Assembly: GCA_963677595.1 (NCBI GenBank)
Contig: OY782041.1
Span: 2,176,001-2,240,000, forward strand
DNA length: 64,000 nt
Source: Spirochaetia bacterium
GTDB taxonomy: Bacteria; Spirochaetota; Spirochaetia; CAKZLE01
Direction: 5' to 3'
Of this stretch, positions 10,397-19,984 are shown piece by piece. How positions within the stretch are numbered: the stretch's first letter is position 1; every line of letters starts with the position of its first letter. The notes beneath the pieces are model-generated. The model did no database searches, was not told where the DNA came from, and saw only the letters and a program-made list of their open reading frames with translations. The translations under genes were made by a program, and so were the position numbers.

Positions 10397-12178
10397 TTAA
10401 TTCTCGATACGCGGCTTCCGTGGTCGACCTCTCTTCTTCTTTGGCTCAACTTTCCTGATCTCATACCCGACATCACAACCCGGCGGGATCTCAAAGCCAA
10501 AAGCATTACAGATCTCTCGCTGTTTGCCTACAAAGGCTGTTATATGTTTTGCTGTTCCTGCATGCTCAATACACCTGATCGGCTTCATCTCATCAAGTAT
10601 TTCAAGCGATGTCGAGAATTGCTTTGTCAACGATTGTTTCCACGTATACCGCACCTGAGAGGCCAGCACCAGCGAGACGTACAGGATGAAGAGCCTTCCT
10701 GTCTTCCCTTCTTCCGACCAGTTTCGCTGTCGGTCACTGACCATCTGACTCTTCATCTGCTGGAAGTACTTCTCCTGTTCATCACGAAGATTGTAGGTCT
10801 CAAGCACTTCCATGCCGCCCATAGTCAGGTTGTGACTGGTAATGGAGAAGAAGCCAGACAACTCTTTGGCTTTACTGATCTTCTTGGCATCTCGCGTATA
10901 TCCAGTAATACGGTTCTCCTCTGAATCATAGGTCACGCTATAGTATTTGAACTGTTTCTTTATCTCAGCAGCAGTGTAGGGAGCGTCTTTCCCGATGAGT
11001 TCATCCAGCTCCTCCTGCATATCATAGAGGTCATCGGCAAGTTTCTTCAGTTCCAGCGTTCTCCGCATGGGATCAAAATAGAGGTTTACACAGAGGTTCT
11101 TCGCATGCGTTATCTTGTCCTTCTGGACACTCTGTACCGCATAGTCAACTCGCTGCTGCAGATAATAGATGCCAGATTCCCGGTCATATGACATCTCTTC
11201 GGGGCTATCAGTAAATGGAGCAAGCGACTTGATCACGTTCTTCACCAAGGTTTGCTGAACCTTGGTGCACATGATCATGGCCTTCCCTTTCAGGATATAG
11301 GTCTCAAGCGTCTCTATCTTTTCATAGCCACGGTCGGTCACCAGGATGGTGTCCGGGAATCCGGCATCATCAAGATCCTTGAAGATGGTCCGCAAGGATC
11401 TGCTGTCAATCATGTTCCCCGGGAATGTCCGGTAGTATACCGGTACATGGCTGCTGAGCGAGTAGACTACTACTTCATTGGTCTGGGGAAGTTTCAGCCC
11501 CTCCTTGTTCTTGCCCCAGCGAATGTCTGCAAGAGCGCTGCCATACGCAGTCCGGGACGTGGAATCAACAGCGCAGACTTCCCCCTTTTCGAGCCGGTTC
11601 AACCGTAGTCGCAACAGATCCATGCGATGCTGCTCGGTAATGCTCTGCGTCAGATGCGTAATGGCTGGCGGGTTCAGCGGTCTGTCTGACGGAGCTTTTA
11701 CAATCCGCTGCCAGCGTTCAACCCGGTTATAGGTGTACCCGGTAACATAGGGGAACATGGCAAGGGTAAGGATATCGTTCACCAGGGCCTTATTGCCATG
11801 GAAGACCTGCAGGAGGTCCTTGCGGATTCCGGTAGCTTCTGCAATCTTCTCGAGAAGCCAGATATGGCCATACAGGCGGTTCGTATCCTCATCTGAGGAT
11901 TCCGGTCTCCCCGGCGGCGGGTGAATCTCCTTGAAGGCAGCTGTCACATTCCACTCAGGAGGAAACACGAGGGCCTTCCGTACCTGTTCAGATGCATAGA
12001 GAAACTTATGATTCGGATTGAATACAAGCTCATCGGTGACTGTCCCGAAATGGACAGATTTGTACCGCTTCACCCCTGATTCAGTTTTGTACGGAACCTG
12101 AGCACGAGCGTATCGGTATCCTTGATTGATATGGAGGTTAAGATAGATCTTGTCATCGTTCCTGGGCGGTCTGGCCAT
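10397..12178 (-). CDS. IS1634-like transposase, 593 aa
   Basis: AVDSTS, GKNKEG..LPQ, PVYYRTFPGNMID, VTDRGY, YNLRDEQEKYF. Confidence 0.92.
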   Translation of the reverse strand: MARPPRNDDKIYLNLHINQGYRYARAQVPYKTESGVKRYKSVHFGTVTDELVFNPNHKFLYASEQVRKALVFPPEWNVTAAFKEIHPPPGRPESSDEDTNRLYGHIWLLEKIAEATGIRKDLLQVFHGNKALVNDILTLAMFPYVTGYTYNRVERWQRIVKAPSDRPLNPPAITHLTQSITEQHRMDLLRLRLNRLEKGEVCAVDSTSRTAYGSALADIRWGKNKEGLKLPQTNEVVVYSLSSHVPVYYRTFPGNMIDSRSLRTIFKDLDDAGFPDTILVTDRGYEKIETLETYILKGKAMIMCTKVQQTLVKNVIKSLAPFTDSPEEMSYDRESGIYYLQQRVDYAVQSVQKDKITHAKNLCVNLYFDPMRRTLELKKLADDLYDMQEELDELIGKDAPYTAAEIKKQFKYYSVTYDSEENRITGYTRDAKKISKAKELSGFFSITSHNLTMGGMEVLETYNLRDEQEKYFQQMKSQMVSDRQRNWSEEGKTGRLFILYVSLVLASQVRYTWKQSLTKQFSTSLEILDEMKPIRCIEHAGTAKHITAFVGKQREICNAFGFEIPPGCDVGYEIRKVEPKKKRGRPRKPRIEN

Positions 12179-12246
12179 GTGCGTCCCTCCTGTTAATAGC
12201 TAATTGTACTATTAAAAAGGAGGATTGTAAAGCTCTATGTTGTTAA

Positions 12247-14161
12247 CCTGAATTTCGTGAATTTTGTACATAGAGAATTTCTCGGTCAGTCGACCGGCAG
12301 TCCATGCTTCAGTTTCCGCTTCTTTAGCTCGTTCCTGACCAGCCGGGGAATGTCACTGCGGAGGTTCGACTCCTTGGTTACTGAGAACAGGTAGAACAGC
12401 TTCTGTACCTCTAACGGCAGCTCACACCACTGTCCCTTATCGAACGTCTTGCCGGCGGGCTTCCTCCATTTGGCACTGAATACCTCATCCCGTAGATCAC
12501 CGAATGTGTACTTGTCATACAGCAGGTACTCATCCATCTTACGCCTGATGTACATCTCCAGGATCGTAGTAAGGTAGACAAGAAAGATCTTCCCTTCCAG
12601 GTGTTCTTCCAAACTGTGTTTCGGGCGGCGCATCCGGCTCTTATAGGCCTCATAGTCCTTCTCGATGTAATCCCGGTTTCTCGTGATGGCCAGTACCCGC
12701 TGGGGAGTCAGCCCCACCGGTCCCAGAAACCCGAAGAACCCACATTCGTTTCTCTTCCGCGTCTGGGCTTCCTTATCATGCCTGGCAGCTATTACCTGGC
12801 CCTTGGCATCCCGGTCCACCTCAAAGTAGCGTCCGTAGAAATTGTTCGGTTTCCAGAGACTCCCATCCGCCTGCAGCGCCTCGAGACTATCAGCGAACTT
12901 CATGCTGAGCGCCTGCCGTTCCGCGATCTGTTTCTCCGCATTCACGAACAGGTACAGGCATACCTCATGCCGGTTGGGGCCTCGCCCCCTCCGGGGGGCA
13001 TCAATGCTGATCACCTTGGTGTAGGCATGTATCCGTTCTGATCGACAGAAGTTCTCCGTGTCGAGGATGACCGGTGCCGCTTCCTGGATGGCATCCTTAT
13101 AGATCCCGGCACTCAATGGCATCCCCATGAGGAACCGGAAGTTACTCTTGAGCACCATCTTCACGTTCGCCTGTGAGTAGAAGCCCCGGTCCATGACGAT
13201 GATCGCACCCTTGCGAAACTCAGCAGCACGCAATTCCTTGAGCGTGGTATCCAAGACGGTAGTGTCCGAATAGTTCCCTGGAAGTGAGCGGTAATACAGC
13301 GGGATGCCGCTGGCATTATCGCAGATCATCAGCAGGTTGATCTGCTGAAGGTCATCCCCTTCCTTGTTCTTCCCGTATTTCGCCGCTTCCAGCATCGCTG
13401 AATACGTCGAGATACTCGTCGTATCCAGGGCGCAGACAATCATCTCCTCGACTGGGTCTGCGGCAATGCGATGCTGCTGCATACGACGCTCAAAGTCGGT
13501 GAAGAACCGCTCCGTGGCGGCCGGGTCCACCGCTTCAAGTGCTGCGTTGATCCCGTATTCGGTCGGTTTGTCCACCAAGGTATGCCAGCACACATCATGG
13601 AAGTGCTTGGGCCGGAATAAGGCCCGGTGCGGATAGCTCATCATCGACTCGACGATCGTGAGCATCATCCGCCAATGTGAGGGAAAGACTTTCTTCAGAG
13701 CCAGCCAGAGTCCGGTCTGTTTGGCAGCAGCTTCCAACAATGCCGTGAACCCGTACATCTTGGATTCATAGGTATCAAGATCCCCGCGGACATAGGGGGC
13801 ATAGTACGGTTCTTCAACCAAACCGGTAGCCAACTGCTCTGCAGCGGAGAATGAGAGGAAGGTCTTGTTCGGTTCAAATTCACCCCTGGAATCGATCTTT
13901 CCGATGCAGTTTTTCTCGACTTTGGGGTACTTGTTGCCCGGAATATAGACCGAATGCCCCCAATAGAGGTAAGTGACACCAGATTTCTTGTTTTTATGGC
14001 GAATAATCTTGTTCTCAGCACTCATATATGTACAAGATTATACATATATAATCGCAGGTTGTCAACGCCGCAGAGAGAATCTATTTCTTTTTATTACAGA
14101 ATTTTATGCACACCGGAAAGGTGCCGAGAGGGACCTATGTACAAAAATACGGAAATTCAGG
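12247..14161 (-). mobile_element. IS1634-like element W
   Basis: TIR CCTGAATTTC-N5-TTTTGTACATAG at both ends; TSD TTGTTAA (12240-46, 14162-68). Confidence 0.92.
12286..14025 (-). CDS. IS1634-like transposase, 579 aa
   Basis: ALDTTSISTYS, YGKNKEGDDLQQINL, PLYYRSLPGN, VMDRGFYS, RDYIEK. Confidence 0.92.
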   Translation of the reverse strand: MSAENKIIRHKNKKSGVTYLYWGHSVYIPGNKYPKVEKNCIGKIDSRGEFEPNKTFLSFSAAEQLATGLVEEPYYAPYVRGDLDTYESKMYGFTALLEAAAKQTGLWLALKKVFPSHWRMMLTIVESMMSYPHRALFRPKHFHDVCWHTLVDKPTEYGINAALEAVDPAATERFFTDFERRMQQHRIAADPVEEMIVCALDTTSISTYSAMLEAAKYGKNKEGDDLQQINLLMICDNASGIPLYYRSLPGNYSDTTVLDTTLKELRAAEFRKGAIIVMDRGFYSQANVKMVLKSNFRFLMGMPLSAGIYKDAIQEAAPVILDTENFCRSERIHAYTKVISIDAPRRGRGPNRHEVCLYLFVNAEKQIAERQALSMKFADSLEALQADGSLWKPNNFYGRYFEVDRDAKGQVIAARHDKEAQTRKRNECGFFGFLGPVGLTPQRVLAITRNRDYIEKDYEAYKSRMRRPKHSLEEHLEGKIFLVYLTTILEMYIRRKMDEYLLYDKYTFGDLRDEVFSAKWRKPAGKTFDKGQWCELPLEVQKLFYLFSVTKESNLRSDIPRLVRNELKKRKLKHGLPVD

Positions 14162-14465
14162 TTGTTAACTGGGAAAGAATTGTGCTATTTCTAGTACAAA
14201 TTTAATTAAAATTCATGATAACCGGGTTGAACGCTGGCAGCGGATTGTAAAAGCTCCGTCAGACAGACCGCTGAACCCGCCAGCCATTACGCATCTGACG
14301 CAGAGCATTACCGAGCAGCATCGCATGGATCTGTTGCGACTACGGTTGAACCGGCTCGAAAAGGGGGAAGTCTGCGCTGTTGATTCCACGTGAATATTCG
14401 CCCGCAATAGCACCGGTGGTGGCAAGAGCCAGCACCGGTGCCTCGCATGTTTAGCACCACCTAGA

Positions 14466-15221
14466 TCAGGCAGATCCTACCGAGCGTACCGTACTCATCG
14501 CTTCCCTCATATTGAGTTCTCCGGAGTCAAAGAAGATCGTAGAATGCACTATCCGATCAGTGATGGCATCAGCCTGGGGGCCTCCGCCGAGTCTATCTAG
14601 CCACTCTTCTGGGGTAAATTGCGTACAGAAGATGGTACTTCCGTTCTGGTATCGAGACTCGATCACCTCAAATACAAACGAAACCTGTATGGCATCCAAG
14701 ACGGATGACATCCATTCATCAATGATCAGCAGATCACAACTCTGTAACTTTCTTACCAGCTTACGCCGTCCTCCGACTTTGGGCTCTTGAAGCAGGAACT
14801 CTTCAAGAAGATCGGGCATGCGGTAATATCTCACCTTGTAACCGCTTATACAGGCCTGCTTCCCGATTGCACACGCCAGCCAGGTCTTCCCAACGCCGGT
14901 AGGACCACTGAAAGCGACATTATGCATGCATTTCACGAACGCACAGGATCCGAGCTGCAGCAAGAGACTTCTGTCGATGCCTCTCTTTTCGTAATGCACG
15001 GAGTGAATGTCTGCAGTCGGATACCGGAAATGGGCTCCCTTGACGAGACGTTTAATCTTGGCATCCTGCTTGAGTTGATACACATAGTCGATGATATATT
15101 GCATCCGCTCGTCGAAAGGCATTGTGTTAAATAGTACGTCATCCTGCTGCTTTTGGAGGATTTCGACCATTTCCGGTAAGTTAAGTTCTCTCAGCTTCCT
15201 GATGGATTCGTCATTGATCAC
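14466..15221 (-). CDS. istB: IS21 helper ATPase IstB
   Basis: Walker A GPTGVGKT, Walker B LLIIDEW, ADAITDRIVH. Confidence 0.95.
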   Translation of the reverse strand: MINDESIRKLRELNLPEMVEILQKQQDDVLFNTMPFDERMQYIIDYVYQLKQDAKIKRLVKGAHFRYPTADIHSVHYEKRGIDRSLLLQLGSCAFVKCMHNVAFSGPTGVGKTWLACAIGKQACISGYKVRYYRMPDLLEEFLLQEPKVGGRRKLVRKLQSCDLLIIDEWMSSVLDAIQVSFVFEVIESRYQNGSTIFCTQFTPEEWLDRLGGGPQADAITDRIVHSTIFFDSGELNMREAMSTVRSVGSA

Positions 15222-16165
15222 TGGTTGCCTCCCTTGCCGAAGTTGCTGTAGTAATCGGCCCCTCTGGTGAACAGGGTTGGCTGATTGCTCTCCTTCTGTT
15301 TTGTTTCGAGGTCCTCCAGGTAGATCTGGTCTTGATTCGAGCTGAGGATAGAATTAAGATGGGCATACCGAGGGCTCCCGAACCCCTGCTTGAGGGCAAT
15401 CTGGCAAGCGATCTCGAGTCTCTCGTAGGTGTATTTCCTTCCAAGGCGAAGGATGGACAGGGCTGGGTTGAAGCCCTGTTCTTTCACCTCGACACTATCG
15501 AACACCCGCTGTACAATCACCGTGGTATTGTTGCCGATTTCGCAGGCCCACGCCAGGATGCGCTCCATCGACCATTCCTGAAACTGGCCATCTTTTGGCA
15601 TATCTTCCTGATCTGTCCGGTATTTGTTCTTGGCATACGGGCCAAAGACCTGATGGGTCTTGATCCGCTCCCCATTGTGGAAAATCTCAATTCGGCTTGT
15701 CATGACCTTGAGGTCCACTTTCTTTCCCAGATAGGCGTGGGGACAGGAGTAGAAGTTCTTCTTGAAGGCAACATGGCTGTTGAGCTGAACCTTTCGGTTG
15801 TAATACCAGGTGCTTGCCTCGTACGGATATTTCGGCAAGGGGTTCAGCCGGGGAAGCTCTTCTTCCGTGAAGCACAGATACCGACTCTTCTCCCGTTTCT
15901 GGAACTCCTCAGTATTGTATTCAGCGAGCTTCTCTTTAACGGCCTGTTTCAAGGATGCAAGCGAGGTAAAGGTGGTATTCCTGAGGCGTGCAATGATAGC
16001 CGTGGCCACATCCCCCACCACACCCTCAACCGTCGGCTTCTGTTTGGGTTTGCGGACCCCAGCGGGGAGGATGGCCGTCTTGTAATGAATGGCAAGTTCT
16101 TCATAGGCATCATTGAGGATGATCTCACCCTCCTTTGGATGTGCCGTAACACCCGTGAGCAGGTT
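15218..16165 (-). pseudogene. istA: IstA transposase, 3' part only
   Basis: NLLTGV...AIHYKTAILPAGVRKPKQKPTVEGVV...FKKNFYSCP; cut at the DNL catalytic motif. Confidence 0.88.
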
Positions 16166-16268
16166 TAATGTAAAGAAATCATAATGGCAACGGATGTGGC
16201 TAATATAATTACTTGTAAGTAAATAATTAATGTTATTCTTACCATTATAAATCTCAACCAGGAGGTTC

Positions 16269-17510
16269 ATGATGGATGAACAACGAACAATTAAAGAATC
16301 GATTACGTTGATAAGAGATGTCATCGTTAATCACACAGAACAAAGTAAGGTCTTCTACGAACGCATTTTTAACCGCATCGAAAGCTTTGCGGAAGGCTAT
16401 CCTGAAGAAGCATCTGAAAAGGAAATTCTTTTTGCATTCTATGAAGATTTGACAGGAGAAAAACCTTTCTTAAAACCATCATCTGCGAAAGTGGGTTTTA
16501 TTCGAAAGACAGGGATTGTAATAAATCTCTACAGAATTATGTGTGGTCAGGAATTCGGCAAAAAAGCAGTATTCTTCGATGCAAATCAACGTATATGGTT
16601 TTCTCCAATGCTTGAAGCTTATGCTGACTGGCAGCAGGACTGTGGGAAAAGCAAGTTAACAATAGGAACGAGAATTGGAAGAATTAAGGTTCTGTTCAAT
16701 TACTTGGATCAAAGAGGGCTTTCAAGCATTTCAGATGCAAGCATTGAGGACTTTATTGAGTTCCCAGGTTACCTGAAAAATAGAGGTTACACTTCTCAGG
16801 GGTGTCACAACATACTCTATACCGTCAGAGATTACCTGAAGTCACCTAACGTGAAGAGGATGATTGGATGCAACCCCATGCCAATCTTTTCTCGAATGCA
16901 CACAAACAAGCATGAACGACTGCCATCTTACTATTCTGCAGAGGAAATCAGGAAGGTTTTGAGTTCGATAGATAGAGAGACATACATCGGTCGACTAGCC
17001 TACGCCTTCATGCTACTAGGATGTGTTTACGGTATCAGAAGCTGTGACATAAAGAACCTGAAGCTTGACTCCATCAACTGGGATGAAAGCAAGATTTCGT
17101 TTGTTCAGCACAAAACCAAAGTGCCGGTGGAATTTCCATTGCTGACTGAGGTCAAATTTGCACTCCTCGACTACATAAAGAATGCAAGACCAAAATGTGA
17201 TCTGCCTTTTGTATTCTTGCGAACCAGACCACCTATATCACCTTTTAGTCAGAACAATCACCTGTCTGATGTAATCAGGAAAGTATTCGAAAAAGCTGGC
17301 ATTGATACGACGGGAAAGCATTGCGGGCTACATTCTCTAAGGCATAGTCTTGCTACAACACTGACAGAGATGTCTGTGCCAATCAATGAAATCACGACGA
17401 TTCTTGGACATTCTTCAATGACACCTACACTCTCATACATTTGGTCCGACATCCCTCATCTACGACTTGCTGCAGAGGAGGTGCCGATCTATGCCAAGAC
17501 GTCCAAGTAA
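16269..17510 (+). CDS. Tyrosine recombinase, RitA-like (RIT element)
   Basis: Catalytic residues in GIRSCDI, HSLRHSLAT, LGH and Y; ~410 aa; C-terminal DIPHLRLAAEEVP; an overlapping next ORF starts at 17491. Confidence 0.85.
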   Translation: MMDEQRTIKESITLIRDVIVNHTEQSKVFYERIFNRIESFAEGYPEEASEKEILFAFYEDLTGEKPFLKPSSAKVGFIRKTGIVINLYRIMCGQEFGKKAVFFDANQRIWFSPMLEAYADWQQDCGKSKLTIGTRIGRIKVLFNYLDQRGLSSISDASIEDFIEFPGYLKNRGYTSQGCHNILYTVRDYLKSPNVKRMIGCNPMPIFSRMHTNKHERLPSYYSAEEIRKVLSSIDRETYIGRLAYAFMLLGCVYGIRSCDIKNLKLDSINWDESKISFVQHKTKVPVEFPLLTEVKFALLDYIKNARPKCDLPFVFLRTRPPISPFSQNNHLSDVIRKVFEKAGIDTTGKHCGLHSLRHSLATTLTEMSVPINEITTILGHSSMTPTLSYIWSDIPHLRLAAEEVPIYAKTSK

Positions 17511-17561
17511 CCACATTATTGACCAGTTTGAAGACAATTGCTTTAAACCATACTTCATTAG
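17491..17561 (+). pseudogene. Start of probable second RIT recombinase, truncated by an IS
   Basis: GAGGAGG RBS then ATG MPRRPSNHIIDQFEDNCFKPYFI, cut at the IS end. Confidence 0.5.
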
Positions 17562-19408
17562 CCTACGATAAACCGAAAAGTAGAACCATAATTTCGGCTT
17601 AACTCAAGCCCTTCATGCCTGCAGCTTCAGGGTCTCGGACTTGAACATCTTGAGGCTCAGAGAAGCCGGTACCTTCACCTTCAACTTCTGGTAGAAATCC
17701 CGTACCTGCTTGTTCGGGACTTCTACCAGCACCGTTCCGTCCCGCTTCTTCATACACATGAGTGATTGGGTCTTCCCGATCAACCGATTCGTGGAGATGC
17801 CCGGTCCTGAGAGCCTGCTTCGTAACTGCAGCAGGGCAATAGTCGCGATGATGTCTGAAAGCAACTTGCCCCTGACGGTGAGATCTGACCACTTTGACAG
17901 CGGCAGCAGATTCAGGTACTCCTTGCTGGTCTTGAATACCGTCTCGATCTGCGTCCTGCCGAAATAGTCATCAAGCTTTTCGTCAGCCTCCTTGAGTTCA
18001 GTGGAAAGCAGGATAAAGAACCCGAAGCGCACCGCATACCAGTTCTTCTCCTTATCGGTCATCTTACCGTACTCCGCTTCATGGTTCAGGCGGTACTTCC
18101 TATTCCCCTCCAAAGCATTGTCCTTGTCCACGTAGACATATGCATGCATCGGGCACCCGAAGACCTCGACCTCATAGTGCTTGCCGAAATAGGTATGTCC
18201 TTGGCGGATAAACTCATACTTGGCATTACTCATCAGTTTCTTAGCCTGATGATAGAGGGGTTTGTACGGGTATCCCTTCTTTGCCGGCATTCGGACAGTG
18301 ATGGTCTTCCCCTCTTCGTTTCCGCACTGGAACGCTTCGATCAGCTCCCGGCTGGCATAGCCTGCATCCAGTACGAAGTTGTTGATGCACACATCCAGAC
18401 TCTCTGCGACATCGGACATGGTCGATCGAAGCGTGCTCAGATCAAGGAGGTTTCCCGGGATCACGGTATACCATACCGGCAGGCCAGTCTTCTCATCAAG
18501 AATGAGCACCAGCCTCGTCTGGATGGAGGTGGAGGTGATCCCATGACTGCACAACGCATTGAACGGGTTGTCCCGAATGGTATTGGGTAAGGGCGTAGAA
18601 TCCACATAGCAGCCAACACCGAACTGTGGGTCCTTACGTCTCATATGGGAGACGAACGCCTTGAAGAATGCCATTCGGCTTGTATCCTCACCCATGAGAG
18701 AGAAGTAGACCGTATCGCTTCCCAGGGAGCCCAACGGGATGTTCTCAAAGAGGTAGGAGGCGAATGACTTCCCGATGAAGTCATCACAGGAGACCCGGGA
18801 ACCATCTTTCAAGACAGAGTGAAGGAGGTGGGTGAGTACGCGCTCATACTCCTTATCGTGGGAAAAAGCCCTCCTCAATACGGCAAGTAGCCCTGATTTT
18901 TCACACACGGTAAGAAAGAGGTACGCATCACCGAATACCGTATGGATCTCTGGTTCGGGGAACAGTACCTGTGATGAGATTCTCGGATCTTCCCGTTCGA
19001 CACTCGTAAAGGCATCAGGGACTGAATCATAGGCTACCAGCCCGCGTGTGGGAGACAGGAAGACCCCGCTTTTCCTGTCAGGGGAAATAGATACCACTTT
19101 CCCGAGTTTCTCTCGGGTGGTGTGGCGGGACCTCCCCTTGTAGGATGGATCATATTCAGTATCCATGATGGAAGCACTGCCGGAGCGGACACTGCCGTCA
19201 GGATCGAGAACCAATTTCTGCACTTTGATGAAAGCCATGAACCGGTACCTGCCTTTCCGAAGATATGGTGCTATGTAGAACCATACCTATAGTACAACAG
19301 AACAGGTAAACATGCAAGGGATACCGCAGGAATGCACGGAGAATGCAGGAATTTATAGGTTTTGCGTATCAGCAAGGACTATGGTTCTACTTTTCTGTTT
19401 ATCGTAGG
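17562..19408 (-). mobile_element. IS1634-like element V (no matching TSD)
   Basis: TIR CCTACGATAAAC(C/A)GAAAAGTAGAACCATA; the two flanks are unrelated. Confidence 0.88.
17613..19238 (-). CDS. IS1634/IS4-like transposase, 541 aa
   Basis: YVDSTP, GLPVWYTVIPGNLLD, VLDAGY, YFGRTQIETVFKTSK. Confidence 0.9.
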   Translation of the reverse strand: MAFIKVQKLVLDPDGSVRSGSASIMDTEYDPSYKGRSRHTTREKLGKVVSISPDRKSGVFLSPTRGLVAYDSVPDAFTSVEREDPRISSQVLFPEPEIHTVFGDAYLFLTVCEKSGLLAVLRRAFSHDKEYERVLTHLLHSVLKDGSRVSCDDFIGKSFASYLFENIPLGSLGSDTVYFSLMGEDTSRMAFFKAFVSHMRRKDPQFGVGCYVDSTPLPNTIRDNPFNALCSHGITSTSIQTRLVLILDEKTGLPVWYTVIPGNLLDLSTLRSTMSDVAESLDVCINNFVLDAGYASRELIEAFQCGNEEGKTITVRMPAKKGYPYKPLYHQAKKLMSNAKYEFIRQGHTYFGKHYEVEVFGCPMHAYVYVDKDNALEGNRKYRLNHEAEYGKMTDKEKNWYAVRFGFFILLSTELKEADEKLDDYFGRTQIETVFKTSKEYLNLLPLSKWSDLTVRGKLLSDIIATIALLQLRSRLSGPGISTNRLIGKTQSLMCMKKRDGTVLVEVPNKQVRDFYQKLKVKVPASLSLKMFKSETLKLQA

Positions 19409-19696
19409 TTGAGTCAGCCGGTGTTCATTACTGATGGTAATGATTTATCAGAATATGATGAGCTTGCCAGTCGGTATGAGACGATCCAGAATCGGCTCAG
19501 GCACATCTCATTAGAGGTCACTAACCGGAAGCAGAAGATATCACAAATAGGACGGTTCTGCCGGATGATACAAGAGACTGATGAAGTCATCACGGAGTTC
19601 TACCCCGAGCAGTTTATTGTCTTGGTGGATTACATGGCGGTGTATTATGGAAAGGGGGATATCAGGGTGACATTTAGGGATGGGACAACGTTATAG
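19409..19696 (+). pseudogene. C-terminal remnant of a large serine recombinase
   Basis: Coiled coil followed by LVDYMAVYYGKGDIRVTFRDGTTL*, resembling the V..I.V.....I.V.F.DG tail of large serine recombinases. Confidence 0.65.
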
Positions 19697-19840
19697 TTAT
19701 ATTTCTTATCTAAGCAGAGAATACCTATAACACGCACGATGACTCTGAGGTGAGAAAGTATCTGCAGTTGGTAAGAAAGTCAAAATCACTATGTCATAGA
19801 TAGCTATCTATAAATTATAGGCAGTAATCAGAATTATTTA

Positions 19841-19869
19841 TTGAATTTCTGCACGAATACATTTATGAT
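19841..19869 (+). promoter_or_regulatory. Candidate promoter for the lipoprotein operon
   Basis: TTGAAT - 17 nt - TATGAT in an AT-rich region. Confidence 0.35.
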
Positions 19870-19984
19870 TTTATTGAGTAATGGTAAATATGATCGAACT
19901 CTTTAGATTATTATAAGTTTAATTACTTATGAGTCAGGCAAAACTTGTACCCGAAATAAGTATGCAAATTCCAAGGGGGAAGTT

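Larger units (their letters stand above)
10371..14217 (-). mobile_element. IS1634-like element, copy B (inverted, inserted into copy A, carries element W)
   Basis: Ends CATGAATTTTGATTTATTTTGTACTA and TAGTACAAATTTAATTAAAATTCATG; 7-bp TSD ATAACCG (10364-70, 14218-24). Confidence 0.93.
5016..14390 (+). mobile_element. IS1634-like element, copy A (fragmented: 5016-5088, 9864-10370, 14218-14390; right end lost)
   Basis: Left end CATGAATTTTAATTAAATTTGTACTAG is identical to the copy B end at 14217; the fragments match the copy B sequence. Confidence 0.9.
14391..16165 (-). mobile_element. IS21 family element (partial; left part lost)
   Basis: End begins TG at 14391 with AGCACC(GGTG) repeats at 14409, 14431 and 14453 (22-bp period); istA-istB pair. 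Confidence 0.88.

Noticed and set aside
10371-10924. C-terminus of ORF 9916-10458 and ORF 10379-10924
   Set aside because: Read-through into the copy B end, and an antisense frame of its transposase.
16166-16324. N-terminus of the 368-aa istA ORF
   Set aside because: Chance open frame across the RIT end; IstA similarity starts only at NLLTGV.
19343-19408. Start of the 117-aa ORF
   Set aside because: Lies inside the IS V terminus, so the ORF is chimeric.
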